Shown here piece after piece: positions 10,777 to 20,934 of a stretch of 64,000 nucleotides of DNA. This DNA comes from Vicinamibacterales bacterium (GTDB taxonomy: Bacteria; Acidobacteriota; Vicinamibacteria; Vicinamibacterales; JAMQPK01), in contig JAMQPK010000021.1 of assembly GCA_023717525.1 (NCBI GenBank), positions 612-64,611 of the forward strand. The letters are read 5' to 3'. A program made the translations under genes and the position numbers. The notes under the pieces are model-generated. The model was given only the letters and a program-made list of their open reading frames with translations. It was not told the DNA's origin and searched no databases. Position 1 is the stretch's first letter; every line of letters begins with the position of its first letter.

Positions 10777-11539
10777 TCAGGAATCTCGAGACGATCATCG
10801 CAAACCGTTCTGGCGCGGAGATGGTTCCCAGGTGACCGGTGTTCTCGAACAATTGATACCGTGCCCCCTCGATCGCGGTCACATAGCTCATCGAGTCGTC
10901 GGGTCCGACAACTCTATCGAGATCTTGCTCGCCTGTAACGACAAGAGTGGGAACCGTGATGCGCGCGCAGTCTCGATCGAAGCGTTCGGCAGCAGCCATG
11001 CGCGCTCGCACCCCCATCCGCCATGGTACAGCGGGCGCCCTGATGACGCGCGGCGCAGCCTTTGCGCAAAACCTGATTCGCTCGACGAGATTGGGATATG
11101 TCACTCGCAACTCGCCCCAGGACCGGCGCGCTGCGCCGATGGCAAACAGTGGACTTCGCAGCAGCGGCCTATCGATGTCCGCCTGCTGATGCGGCGTCGG
11201 CTTCCAATGTGGCCCCGGTGTCGAGACAAGGATGAGCGCCCGGACCCGCTCGGGCCGTTGCGCCGCGTATCGAAGCGCAATAAGACCGCCAAACGACACG
11301 CCGCACATGACAGCTGCGGGGATTTGCCTGGCATCGAGAAGGCCGTCAACGTAGCCGACAAACGCGTCGAACCCGCTTCCGGGCGATACGGGCGCGCCGC
11401 CGCCCGGTTCACCCGGCAGCGAGCTCGAGACGACACGGAACTCCTTCGACAGCGCCGTCACTGCTGGATTCATCCACTCCCAGCGCCCATGAATCCCTGG
11501 AATCAACACCAGGGCCGGACCCGTTCCAATGTCAATCAT
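10769..11539 (-). CDS. Alpha/beta hydrolase fold protein
   Basis: 256 aa. Oxyanion region LVLIPGIHG, nucleophile elbow GVSFGG, and C-terminal GHLG with His. Confidence 0.8.
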   Translation of the reverse strand: MIDIGTGPALVLIPGIHGRWEWMNPAVTALSKEFRVVSSSLPGEPGGGAPVSPGSGFDAFVGYVDGLLDARQIPAAVMCGVSFGGLIALRYAAQRPERVRALILVSTPGPHWKPTPHQQADIDRPLLRSPLFAIGAARRSWGELRVTYPNLVERIRFCAKAAPRVIRAPAVPWRMGVRARMAAAERFDRDCARITVPTLVVTGEQDLDRVVGPDDSMSYVTAIEGARYQLFENTGHLGTISAPERFAMIVSRFLNG

Positions 11540-11551
11540 CGTGTCAGTTCG

Positions 11552-13744
11552 TCAATTCCTCAGGGGTTTGCCCGTCTTCAGTGTGTGCTGAATGCGTTCG
11601 AGGGTTTTCGGCTCGCCGCACAAACTCAGGAATGCCTCGCGCTCGAGATCCAGAAGGTGTTCCTCGGTGACCGTTGCCGAGGCTGGCAGAGAGCCTCCTG
11701 CAAGAATCCACGACAGCTTACGGCCGATAAGCGCGTCGTGATCGCTGATCCGGCCGGCACGCCACGCGAGGTGCACTCCGAGATCAAGCAACGCGCGGGT
11801 GGGGTCGCCTCCAACCGGAATGGCAGATCGGCGCGCGGGCGGGACGTAGCCCTCTCGGACCCTTTCGAGTGCCAGCTGCTTCGCGTCGTACACCAGGCGT
11901 TCGCGGTTCATCGTGATGCAGTCGACATCGCGAAGGTAATCCAGGCGGCGGGCGTCGGTTCCCGCGGTCGACGTCTTTCCGAAGCCGATCGTCTCGAACG
12001 CCTTCTGGGCGCCGCTTCGGAGCAGCATCTCTTTGGTGCCGCCCCCGGCAGGGATGAGACCGACGCCGGCCTCTACCAGTCCAATATAACTCTCGGCTGC
12101 GGCTTGCACCCGGTCGCCGTGGAGCACGATCTCGCACCCTCCACCGAGGGTCAGACCAAGCGGCGCGATGACGACTGGCACCTGTGAATATCGCAGGCCG
12201 GTCGTGGCCCGCTGGAACGTCCGGATCATCGCGTCGATTTCGTCCCAGTTCTCATCCTGCGCTTCGAGCAGGAGGAGCATCAAGTTGGCGCCGACAGAAA
12301 AATTCTGGGCGTCGGTCGCAACCACCAGAGCGACGAAATCCTGTTCGGCTCTTGCCACTCCCCGCTGAAGCATCTCCAGCGCGTCCCCGCCGATGGCGTT
12401 CATCTTGGAGTGCAGCGAGACGGCGAGAACGCCGTCGCCAAGATCGATCAGGCTGGCTCCGGCATTCGACTGAACAACCCGTTCGCGCTCCGCGGCGCTT
12501 CGTAGAATCTCGAATTCGGGATGAGCGGGTGCAAGGGGCTCGGAGCGCATCTTCTTTCCGTCGAGACCGATGGCGTCCCACAGCTCGAACGGGCCTTGCG
12601 GCCACCCATAACCCCATCGCATCGCACGGTCGATGTCGTCGAGCGAGCCCGCGATGTCGGGCGCCACATCAGCGGTGTATTTCAACGCCGGCAACAGCGT
12701 CTCTTGCAGGAATTCACCGACGCGATCGGAGCCTGAAAGCAGCTTCCGCACGCGATCGGCGAGCGGCAGGGAAGCCGTCGCGTCAAGTGAGGGGAGTGCG
12801 GGCGGCTGACGCGGCCGGTACTCCATCTTCACCGGGTCGAGCGACCAGATCTCTGTTTCGCCGGAAGGTCCGACGCGCCGCTCGTAGAATCCGCGTCCGG
12901 ACTTCTCTCCTATCCATCCGCGGCGCACCATTTCGGCAACGAAGGGAGGGGCGTGAAACCGCGCCCCTCGCTCGGCGGGAAGCCGAGCCGCGAGGTCGTT
13001 CGCCACGTTCAGAATGATGTCGAGCCCGGCGATGTCGGCCGTTCGGAACGTCGCGCTCTTTGGCCTGCCGAGCCCAGGGCCCGTAATGGCGTCGATGTCC
13101 TCGACGGTGTACTTGCCCGATGCGAGCGACTCGAAAATACGTAACAGGCCGTACATCGCCACATGATTCGCGATGAACCCCGGTGTGTCTCTCGCGATCA
13201 CGACGTTCTTGCCGAGCCTGAGATCAACGAACGCTCCAACGGCGGCGATGACGGCTGGGTCGGTGTCCCCGGCCGGGATGAGCTCGACGAGCGGGAGATA
13301 GCGAGGTGGATTGAAGAAGTGCGTGCCAAGCCAATGGCGGCGAAAGTCGGCGCTCCGGCCCTCTGCAAGACCGGCAATTGACAGCCCGGATGTATTCGAG
13401 CTGACGATCGATCCCGCTTTTCTGAAAGCATCGACCTGTTCCAGCAGCGCACGCTTGACGTCCGCCTTTTCGACGATCGCTTCGACGACCCAGTCCGCCT
13501 CTGCGATGTCCTTCAGGTGCTCGTCGAAACCGCCGGTCCGAATTCGCGCGAGCACGTCTGAAGTGAAGAACGGATCCGGTTTCAGCTTCCGTGCACGCTC
13601 GAGCCCTTCGCGTGCGATGTGCGGCGTGAGATCGAGCAGCAGAACCGGGCAACCGCCGTTGGCGAAGTGCGCGGCGATCTGCGCGCCCATCGTTCCGGCG
13701 CCGAGAACGGCAGTCGATCGGATTTTCCGTGCGAAAGGCGGCAT
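11552..13744 (-). CDS. Bifunctional 3-hydroxyacyl-CoA dehydrogenase / enoyl-CoA hydratase (FadN-type domain order)
   Basis: The ATG at 13742-13744 gives MPPFARKIRSTAVLGAGTMGAQIA, a Rossmann GxGxxG motif. The N-terminal half is 3HCDH; the C-terminal half is a crotonase fold (GGGCEIVLH). Confidence 0.9.
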   Translation of the reverse strand: MPPFARKIRSTAVLGAGTMGAQIAAHFANGGCPVLLLDLTPHIAREGLERARKLKPDPFFTSDVLARIRTGGFDEHLKDIAEADWVVEAIVEKADVKRALLEQVDAFRKAGSIVSSNTSGLSIAGLAEGRSADFRRHWLGTHFFNPPRYLPLVELIPAGDTDPAVIAAVGAFVDLRLGKNVVIARDTPGFIANHVAMYGLLRIFESLASGKYTVEDIDAITGPGLGRPKSATFRTADIAGLDIILNVANDLAARLPAERGARFHAPPFVAEMVRRGWIGEKSGRGFYERRVGPSGETEIWSLDPVKMEYRPRQPPALPSLDATASLPLADRVRKLLSGSDRVGEFLQETLLPALKYTADVAPDIAGSLDDIDRAMRWGYGWPQGPFELWDAIGLDGKKMRSEPLAPAHPEFEILRSAAERERVVQSNAGASLIDLGDGVLAVSLHSKMNAIGGDALEMLQRGVARAEQDFVALVVATDAQNFSVGANLMLLLLEAQDENWDEIDAMIRTFQRATTGLRYSQVPVVIAPLGLTLGGGCEIVLHGDRVQAAAESYIGLVEAGVGLIPAGGGTKEMLLRSGAQKAFETIGFGKTSTAGTDARRLDYLRDVDCITMNRERLVYDAKQLALERVREGYVPPARRSAIPVGGDPTRALLDLGVHLAWRAGRISDHDALIGRKLSWILAGGSLPASATVTEEHLLDLEREAFLSLCGEPKTLERIQHTLKTGKPLRN

Positions 13745-13794
13745 GAAGCGCCATGTTACAATGCCGACGCTCCCCAAAAACACGAGGTGTTCAC

Positions 13795-16794
13795 ATGGCT
13801 TGGCTTCGGACTGCGCTCACAGTGATGTGTCTTGCGGTGGCCGGCCTGGCATCCGCGCAGACCCGCGCGACGAGCGCCGATCTCACGGGCACGGTCGTGG
13901 ACCAGCAGTCGGCCGTTCTGCCCGGCGCCACGGTGACCGCCACCAACAACGACACCAACTACAGCCGAAGCGCCACGACGGATGAAGCCGGTCACTTCCT
14001 GATCCCGGCCCTGGCGCCAGGGCGCTACAGTGTTCGCGCCGAACTTCAGGGTTTTTCGCCGCGCAGCGTAAACGATGTGGTCCTGTCGCTTGGCAGCCAG
14101 ATTGACGTGCGGCTGCAACTCAACGTCGCGGGTGGCCAGGAACTGGTCGTCGTTGCTGGAACGGCGCCGCTCGTGGATCCGCAGAAGACGGTCGTTTCCA
14201 GCGTCATCGCCCAGGAACAAATCGAGCGCCTGCCCATCAATGGCCGCAGCTTCATTGGCTTCTCGCTGCTGACGCCGGGCGTGTCGACTGACAGGACACC
14301 GCAGCAGGGCGCTTCTGGGACGTCGGGTCTGACGTTCGCCGGACAGCGCGCCCGCTCGAACAACATCACGGTCGATGGGCTCGACAACAACGACGCGTCG
14401 ATCGGCGCAGTTCGCGCGACGTTCAGCCAGGAAGCCGTGCGCGAGTTTCAGGTACTGACGAACTCGTACTCCGCGGAGTTCGGCAAAGCGGTGGGTGGCG
14501 TCGTCAACATCGTGACCAAGAGCGGTACCAATACCCTGGGCGGCAACGCGTTCTACTTCGGCCGTGATGATGGACTCAACGCGAAGGACCATTTTGAGAA
14601 GTTCGACGTCAACGGCAACGAAATTTCGCGGGAGAAAGCGCCATACGGACAGAAGCAGTACGGCGGCACGCTCGGCGGGCCCATCCGGCGCGACAGGACC
14701 TTCTACTTCGTGTCGTTCGAGCGGCTCGACATCAGCGCCAACAACTTCGTGACGATCGACGACACGACGCCCGTCACCTATGCCGGTCAGAACTTTGGCA
14801 CGGCGGCTCAGATTCTGCGCAACGCAGGCTTTCCCGTGCAGACCGGCAATGCGCCCTATCGGGTGCAGTCGAGTCAGTTTCTCGGCAAGATCGACCACAC
14901 GCTGGATACCAGTAACGTGCTGACAACGCGGTTCAACTGGGCACAGGATCTGAACGAGAACATCGAGCCGTTTGGCGGCATCGTGGCGCGCAGCCGGGGC
15001 GGCGTGTTGAACAGCCACGATGTGATGTTCGCCGCCTCTGAAACCTCCGTGCGTTCATCCAAGATGGTGAACGAGATGCGGTTTCAAGTGGCGCTTCGCG
15101 ATCAGACAGTGCGATCGCTCGATCCGTTGTGTGGTGGGGAATGCATTGAGGAAAATCAGGGTGGACCGACGCTCGAGGTCCTCGGCGTCGCCAGTGTGGG
15201 CCGCCAGCGATTTACGCCGCAGCCTCGGAGAAATACGCGATACCAGGTGCTCGATACGGTCAGCTACTACACCGGCGCACATCAGATGAAGGCGGGGATC
15301 GATTTCAACTACATCGATCAGAGCGAGCAGAGCCTTCCGCTCCATTTTGGGGGGCGCTATATCTTTGCGACGATCCCTGCAGCGCAGGCTCCGCTGCTCG
15401 GCCTGCCGCCTCTCGAAGTGTCGCCGATCGTCGCTGTAAAGCTGGGCATTCCCGGGCGCTATGTTCAGGGCTATGGCAACTCGCTCGCCCCCTATACCTA
15501 CAGCGATTTTTCAATGTTCGCGCAGGACGACTGGCGGATCACGCCGCGGTTGACGGCGAAAGTCGGCCTCCGCTATCAGGTGCAGATGTGGCCCGACGTG
15601 AACTACACGGTGGCCGGTTATCCGGATATGTACCAATTTCCCGGTGACGGCAACAACCTTGCGCCACGGTTCGCCGTGGTGTGGGATCCAACCGGCGATC
15701 GCAAGACGACGGTTCATGGCGCGTACGGCATCTACTTCGACAATCTCATTACCGGCCTCGTCGGCATTACGAAAGGGATCAACGGACGCGACGGTGTGAG
15801 GACACTCGTCGCGTCGTTGCCGACGACGGCGGCTGCGTGGAATACGCCGGGCCGCCGGCTTCCGGAGCCGTCAACTCCATACCCAAGCCTGGTGATTTCC
15901 ATCGACCCCGGACTTCAGACGCCCTACGCGCATCATCTGGCGGGTGGCATCGCGCACGAGCTGCCAGGGCAGACGTCGCTTTCGGCCGACGTCATCTACG
16001 TTCGCGGCTTCAAGCAGCCGTCGACGCTCGACTACAACCCGCTTGTTCCGTCCCTGGGCGCCGGCAGACGGCCTGCGGATGTGAATGGCGTTCCTGGCAC
16101 GTCGAACTCAGTACTGCAGTACACCTCGTTCGGCGAAACGTGGTACCGCGGCCTGACGGTATCGGCCGTCAGACGTTTCATGAACCGCCATCAGCTCTTG
16201 ATGAGCTATACGTTGTCAAAGGCGGAAGACAACGGCACCGACTTTCAGAGCGAGTTCATCGCTCAAGACAGCGGGCGTGGCCGAGACCCCGGCAATCTGA
16301 AGGGGCTTCCACTGGCGTTCGATCCCGATTCAGAGAAGGGGCCATCGGTTCAGGATGAGCGGCACAGGTTTGTGGCGAGCGGTATCTATGTGCTGCCGCG
16401 CGACATCGAGCTGTCGTCGATCATCACGATCGGATCCGGGCGTCCCTTCAATATTCTGGCGGGCGCGGATTTGAACGGCGATGGAGACGGAGGCGCGACC
16501 GATCGGGCGCGGGGAACGCTGAGCGACATCACCACATCGGCGATGCGCGACGCCGGTACGCTGCCTGCGCAGGCGACCGTCGACTTGCGCGTGGCAAAGC
16601 GATTCGTGGCGGGTCCCACCCGCGTGGAAGGGATTTTCGAGATCTTCAATCTGCTCAACAGGGCGAACTACACTGCCGTGAACAATGTGTGGGGCACGGG
16701 AGCCTATCCCGGGTCGCCGGTGTCGAGCTACGGGAAGTTCACGCAGGCGGGGCCGCCGCTGCAGATGCAGCTCGCCGTCAAGGTCAGCTTCTAA
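13795..16794 (+). CDS. TonB-dependent receptor-like outer membrane protein with N-terminal carboxypeptidase-regulatory-like domain
   Basis: The ATG at 13795 follows GAGG. Signal peptide ends ...GLASAQ. GTVVDQQSAVLPGATVTATN..GHFLIPALAPGRYSV is CarboxypepD_reg-like. A plug-like region and a long beta-barrel follow, ending ...KVSF. Confidence 0.85.
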   Translation: MAWLRTALTVMCLAVAGLASAQTRATSADLTGTVVDQQSAVLPGATVTATNNDTNYSRSATTDEAGHFLIPALAPGRYSVRAELQGFSPRSVNDVVLSLGSQIDVRLQLNVAGGQELVVVAGTAPLVDPQKTVVSSVIAQEQIERLPINGRSFIGFSLLTPGVSTDRTPQQGASGTSGLTFAGQRARSNNITVDGLDNNDASIGAVRATFSQEAVREFQVLTNSYSAEFGKAVGGVVNIVTKSGTNTLGGNAFYFGRDDGLNAKDHFEKFDVNGNEISREKAPYGQKQYGGTLGGPIRRDRTFYFVSFERLDISANNFVTIDDTTPVTYAGQNFGTAAQILRNAGFPVQTGNAPYRVQSSQFLGKIDHTLDTSNVLTTRFNWAQDLNENIEPFGGIVARSRGGVLNSHDVMFAASETSVRSSKMVNEMRFQVALRDQTVRSLDPLCGGECIEENQGGPTLEVLGVASVGRQRFTPQPRRNTRYQVLDTVSYYTGAHQMKAGIDFNYIDQSEQSLPLHFGGRYIFATIPAAQAPLLGLPPLEVSPIVAVKLGIPGRYVQGYGNSLAPYTYSDFSMFAQDDWRITPRLTAKVGLRYQVQMWPDVNYTVAGYPDMYQFPGDGNNLAPRFAVVWDPTGDRKTTVHGAYGIYFDNLITGLVGITKGINGRDGVRTLVASLPTTAAAWNTPGRRLPEPSTPYPSLVISIDPGLQTPYAHHLAGGIAHELPGQTSLSADVIYVRGFKQPSTLDYNPLVPSLGAGRRPADVNGVPGTSNSVLQYTSFGETWYRGLTVSAVRRFMNRHQLLMSYTLSKAEDNGTDFQSEFIAQDSGRGRDPGNLKGLPLAFDPDSEKGPSVQDERHRFVASGIYVLPRDIELSSIITIGSGRPFNILAGADLNGDGDGGATDRARGTLSDITTSAMRDAGTLPAQATVDLRVAKRFVAGPTRVEGIFEIFNLLNRANYTAVNNVWGTGAYPGSPVSSYGKFTQAGPPLQMQLAVKVSF

Positions 16795-16797
16795 AAC

Positions 16798-17430
16798 TCA
16801 GTCGACGAGGTTGTGCTGAATGCCGTAGTGCATCAGCTCGGCCGTTGTCTTCATGCCCATCTTCTCGAGAACCCGCGACCTGTACGTGCTCACGGTCTTG
16901 ACGCTCAACGACAGCCGGAGAGCCACCTGTGAGACGGTGAGGCCGGACGCGATCATTCGCAGCACCTGATACTCGCGGTCCGACAACGCTTCGTGCGGCC
17001 GTTGCCCGCGCTCTGGCTGCGTGTTGGCGACCAGTTCCTCGACAACGGCGGGGTTCAAGTACCGGCGTCCGGCGATCACTTCGCCGACCGCTTTCACGAG
17101 CTCGGTCGTCGGACTGTCTTTCGTGAGGTATCCGGATGCGCCGGCGTTCATCGCGCGCCGTGCGAACTGATCGGGCGGATGCATGCTGAGAACGAGCACC
17201 GGCAGCGTCGGCCGCTCGCGCCGAAGATCTTTCAGAAGGTCGAGACCGCTTGCGCCCGGGAGCGTGAGATCGAGCACCATGACGTCCCAGTCGGTGCTGC
17301 GGATCTCGGTCATGCCCTCCTCGGCGTTGGCCGCCTCGCCGACGAGCGCAGACTGAAACGCGCTGGTCAACACCTGTTTAATCCCTTGACGCACAAGCGG
17401 GTGATCGTCGACGAGAAGGATTCTGGTCAT
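16798..17430 (-). CDS. NarL/LuxR-family response regulator
   Basis: Start at MTRILLVDDHPLVRQG (ATGA overlap with the kinase stop). Receiver domain plus a C-terminal LuxR HTH (LSDREYQVLRMIASGLTVSQVALRLSLSVKTVSTYRSRV). Confidence 0.9.
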   Translation of the reverse strand: MTRILLVDDHPLVRQGIKQVLTSAFQSALVGEAANAEEGMTEIRSTDWDVMVLDLTLPGASGLDLLKDLRRERPTLPVLVLSMHPPDQFARRAMNAGASGYLTKDSPTTELVKAVGEVIAGRRYLNPAVVEELVANTQPERGQRPHEALSDREYQVLRMIASGLTVSQVALRLSLSVKTVSTYRSRVLEKMGMKTTAELMHYGIQHNLVD

Positions 17431-18221
17431 GATCTGGCCGATGGAACCTTGACGGTGACGGTTGTTCCGCGCCCCGGTACGCCCGTAATCGTACATCTGC
17501 CGCCGAGCAGGCGCGCGCGTTCCGACATGCCGAGCAATCCAATCGACATCATGCTCGAGATTTCCGGTCTGGCAATTCCTCGGCCGTTGTCCTTCACGAC
17601 GAGCACCAGCGTTCGGCCCTGCTCAGCCAGGCTGATTCGCACCGCTCCGGCATGGGCGTGCCGCACCACGTTGGTGAGCGCCTCCTGCAGAATTCTGTAG
17701 AGGGCCAGCGCGCGCGTGCGATCCGCGACGTCGTGCACCAACTGCGATACGACCCGGCACCGGATGCCCGTGCGCGCCTGAAACTTCGTCGCCTCCCATT
17801 GGATCGCCTCGCGTAGACCCAGATGGTCCAGGACCGCCGGCCGAAGGTCTCCAGAGATCTGCCGAACCGACTGAATGCTCACTTCGATGAGCCCGATGAG
17901 CGACTGCAACTTGTTCACCAGCTGGATGCCGGGTTTTGGCTCGCTTTTCTTCAGCTCATCAACCAGCCAGCTGAACTCGAGCTTCAAGCTGGTCAGCACC
18001 TGTCCCAGCTCGTCGTGCAGTTCACGTGCGACACGCGCCCGCTCTTCTTCTCGAGCCATCTCCAGACGGAGTGACAGGGCGTGCAGGGCCTTCTTCCGGC
18101 TCGCGCGGCTACCGCGGCGGGGCGCCAACCTTTTTGACGCCCTTGGCCGTTTCATCTGTTGAATGCGGGCTCGATGGTCAGGATCTGGACGATGACGCGT
18201 AAGTATAGCTGCCCGGTGCAA
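17427..18221 (-). CDS. Soluble sensor-less histidine kinase (HisKA_3 + HATPase_c)
   Basis: H-box ARELHDELGQ, N-box EALTNVVRHA, G-box DNGRGI. There is no TM segment or sensor domain, only a basic Arg/Lys-rich N-terminal tail. The start is uncertain (alternative ATG at 18155). Confidence 0.8.
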   Translation of the reverse strand: MHRAAILTRHRPDPDHRARIQQMKRPRASKRLAPRRGSRASRKKALHALSLRLEMAREEERARVARELHDELGQVLTSLKLEFSWLVDELKKSEPKPGIQLVNKLQSLIGLIEVSIQSVRQISGDLRPAVLDHLGLREAIQWEATKFQARTGIRCRVVSQLVHDVADRTRALALYRILQEALTNVVRHAHAGAVRISLAEQGRTLVLVVKDNGRGIARPEISSMMSIGLLGMSERARLLGGRCTITGVPGRGTTVTVKVPSARS

Positions 18222-18332
18222 AACCGCCAGCGACGAAGTCTGCAGACGGCGTTCTTGTCAGATAAACACCTACTCCGCAACTACGGGATGAATGCACGCG
18301 CGGGGCGCTCATACCGATACTCAGGATGACGT

Positions 18333-19352
18333 GTGAGTCCGTTAGAACACCAAACAGTGACCGAACTGCCCCGTGCGACGTCCCTTGGAAAGGTGCTCGT
18401 GGTCGACGATGTGTCGGCTAACGTGGACTTGCTCAACACCCTTCTATCTCGGGAGGGATACACCGTGCTTACCGCTTCCGACGGTCAGCAGGCGCTCGAA
18501 ATCGTGGCGCGCGAACATCCTGATCTCGTGCTGATGGACGTGATGATGCCGAAGCTCAACGGATTCGGCGTCTGCGAGCAAATCAAGCAGAACAAAGCGA
18601 CGCGGCTGACGCCAGTGGTGTTGATCACGGCCCTGTGCAAGCGGGAGGATCGCATCCAGGGCATCAATGCCGGCGCCGACGATTTTCTCATCAAGCCGAT
18701 CAATATCCACGAGCTGACCGCTCGTGCCAGATCCCTCATCAGGCTGAAGCGTTACACCGACGATCTCGACACGGCCGAATCGGTAATCGTCAGTCTGGCG
18801 CTCGTCATCGAAGCTCGCGATGCGTACACGGACGGCCACTGCAACCGCCTCGCCGACTACGCGACCGCCCTCGGAAGCGCACTCGGACTCGGCAACGAGG
18901 ATGTGGCGGCGCTGTATCGCGGGGGCTATCTCCACGACGTCGGGAAAGTCGGGATTCCGGATGCCGTGCTTTTGAAGAGCGGCCGCCTCACGCAAGAGGA
19001 GTACAAGGCCATCCAGCAGCATCCTGTCATCGGCGACCGGCTCTGCGGCGAGCTTCGTTCCCTGCGCCGGGTGCGGCCGATCGTGCGCCATCACCACGAA
19101 CGTCTCGACGGAACCGGCTATCCCGATCGGCTGACGGGAGACGACATTCCGCTGCTCGCGCAGATCATGGGCATCGTTGATGTCTACGACGCCATTACGA
19201 CCGAACGGCCGTACAAGCCGGCGGTTCGGTCCGATCGGGCATTCGAAGAGTTGATGGACGAGGTCAAACAAGGCTGGCGCCGGAGAGACCTTGTCGAAGA
19301 GTTCATCAGGCTGATGCAGTTGACGCGCAGGCCCGCAATCGACACTCCATGA
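18333..19352 (+). CDS. Response regulator with HD-GYP phosphodiesterase output domain (RpfG-like)
   Basis: Receiver (VLVVDDVSANV..., DLVLMDVMMP) followed by HD-GYP motifs (YLHDVGK, HHERLDGTGYPD). The exact start (GTG 18333) is uncertain. Confidence 0.85.
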   Translation: MSPLEHQTVTELPRATSLGKVLVVDDVSANVDLLNTLLSREGYTVLTASDGQQALEIVAREHPDLVLMDVMMPKLNGFGVCEQIKQNKATRLTPVVLITALCKREDRIQGINAGADDFLIKPINIHELTARARSLIRLKRYTDDLDTAESVIVSLALVIEARDAYTDGHCNRLADYATALGSALGLGNEDVAALYRGGYLHDVGKVGIPDAVLLKSGRLTQEEYKAIQQHPVIGDRLCGELRSLRRVRPIVRHHHERLDGTGYPDRLTGDDIPLLAQIMGIVDVYDAITTERPYKPAVRSDRAFEELMDEVKQGWRRRDLVEEFIRLMQLTRRPAIDTP

Positions 19353-19558
19353 ACGACGATCGCATCTTTCTCCACGACATGAAGAACATGCTCGGCATCA
19401 TCATCGGGTTCAGCAACCTGCTGCTCGAGGGGATGCCGGAGGAAGATCCTCACCGCGGCGATGTCGACGAGATTCGCCTCGCGGCCGAGGGGGCGATCGC
19501 GCTGCTGGCTCGATGGAGTCAGGCCAATCTGGATCGCGTGAAAGGGGACACGAGGTGA
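19349..19558 (+). CDS. 69-aa stand-alone H-box / DHp-like mini-protein (putative histidine phosphotransfer or phosphatase module)
   Basis: ATGA overlap with the upstream stop and GTGA overlap with the downstream start. IFLHDMKNMLGIIIGFSNLLLE resembles a HisKA H-box helix, and a second helix is predicted from AAEGAIALLARW. No ATPase domain. Confidence 0.5.
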   Translation: MNDDRIFLHDMKNMLGIIIGFSNLLLEGMPEEDPHRGDVDEIRLAAEGAIALLARWSQANLDRVKGDTR

Positions 19559-20934
19559 CCGCGCCCAGGCCCGGCCTTCTCGTTGTCGATGACGAGCCCG
19601 GCATCGTGAGGCTGATCAAGCGGTTCGCAGAGGGTATGGGCTTCGTCGTGACCGCCGCAGAGAGCGGGCAGGAGGCGCTGGAAAAGCTCGAGACCGAAAA
19701 AGCGGCTGCCGCGCTCGTCGATCTGCGCATGCCCGACGTCGATGGCCTGGAAGTCCTTCGCCGAATCCGCACGGCGCAGCCGGACTGCCAGGTCATCCTG
19801 ATGACCGGTCATGCGAGCCTCGATACGGCGATCGAGGCGATCAAGCTCGGCGCGATGGACTACCTGAGCAAGCCCTTCGACTTCGATCGCCTGCAGGAAC
19901 TGCTGGGCGGTGTTCGGGACGATATCGAACGCCGGCGCGCGCTGCTCGCCGCCGAGAGCCGCATGGTGAGGCAACTGGAGTTCGGCGGCATGGTTGGCCG
20001 CAGTGCCGCAATGCTCGAGTTGTTCGATCGGATCAGGCGATTCGCGCCCCATGTCCGAACGGCTCTCGTTACCGGAGAGACGGGTACAGGGAAAGAGCTC
20101 GTTGCAAGGGCATTGCATGCGTCAGGCCCGCGACCGAGCAAGAAATTCGTCTGCATCAACTGCTCTGCCGTCGTCGAGTCCCTGTTCGAGAGCGAGCTTT
20201 TTGGCCACGTGCGAGGCGCGTTCACAGGCGCGGTCGAGGCGAAGCCCGGATTGTTCGAAGTTGCCGACGGCGGCACGCTCTTCCTCGACGAGATCGGTGA
20301 ACTGCCGCTGCCCGCCCAGGCCAAGCTCCTGCGCGCTCTCGAAACCGGCGATGTGCAGCGCGTCGGCAGCGTCGATGCGCGTCACGTTGATGTGCGCGTC
20401 GTTGCGGCGACCAACCGCGATCTGCGTGCGGAATCGGCGGCAGGGCGCTTCAGGGAAGACCTGTTCTACCGCTTGAGCGTCGTCGAGTTGAATGTCACTC
20501 CGCTGCGAGATCGGCGTGAGGACATTCCCTATCTGACCGCGGCTTTCGTGCGTGAGTTTGCGGGGCGATTCGGCAAGCCCATCCTGGGGCCGACTCCTGC
20601 CGCCGAACGAATTCTGCTGACGGCGCCCTGGCCGGGAAATGTGCGGGAGTTGCGGAATACGATCGAAAGAATCTGCATTGTGACAGACGACCGCCTCTTC
20701 ACGGAGAAGGATACGGCTGCGTGCGTCACCTCTCTCCCACCGGGTGTGTCGCCGCCAGCGGCATCGGCGGGCGCCACGAGAACAGCGAACTCGCCTCTCC
20801 TGGCCGATGCGGAGCGCCAGCACATCTCGCGCGTCCTCCACGGCACGGCTGGCAACAAGAAGGCAGCGGCGAAGCAACTCGGCGTAAGCAGGCGGTCGCT
20901 CTACCGGAAACTCGATCGTCTAGGCCTCAGATAA
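19555..20934 (+). CDS. Sigma-54-dependent response regulator (NtrC family enhancer-binding protein)
   Basis: GTG at 19555 preceded by a purine-rich stretch. Domains: receiver ([11 protein letters not shown]), AAA+ with Walker A GETGTGKE and the GAFTGA loop, and a C-terminal Fis-type HTH ([17 protein letters not shown]). Confidence 0.9.
   Translation: MTAPRPGLLVVDDEPGIVRLIKRFAEGMGFVVTAAESGQEALEKLETEKAAAALVDLRMPDVDGLEVLRRIRTAQPDCQVILMTGHASLDTAIEAIKLGAMDYLSKPFDFDRLQELLGGVRDDIERRRALLAAESRMVRQLEFGGMVGRSAAMLELFDRIRRFAPHVRTALVTGETGTGKELVARALHASGPRPSKKFVCINCSAVVESLFESELFGHVRGAFTGAVEAKPGLFEVADGGTLFLDEIGELPLPAQAKLLRALETGDVQRVGSVDARHVDVRVVAATNRDLRAESAAGRFREDLFYRLSVVELNVTPLRDRREDIPYLTAAFVREFAGRFGKPILGPTPAAERILLTAPWPGNVRELRNTIERICIVTDDRLFTEKDTAACVTSLPPGVSPPAASAGATRTANSPLLADAERQHISRVLHGTAGNKKAAAKQLGVSRRSLYRKLDRLGLR

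Noticed and set aside
10625-12187. A 520-aa plus-strand ORF antisense to the hydrolase and fadN genes
   Set aside because: It has no motifs and an Arg-rich composition. The opposite strand has strong alpha/beta hydrolase and crotonase signatures.
13756-15018. A 420-aa minus-strand ORF overlapping the TonB-dependent receptor gene
   Set aside because: It is antisense to a gene with a clear signal peptide, CarboxypepD_reg domain and barrel. Its own sequence is low complexity (Arg/Ala/Val-rich) with no motifs.
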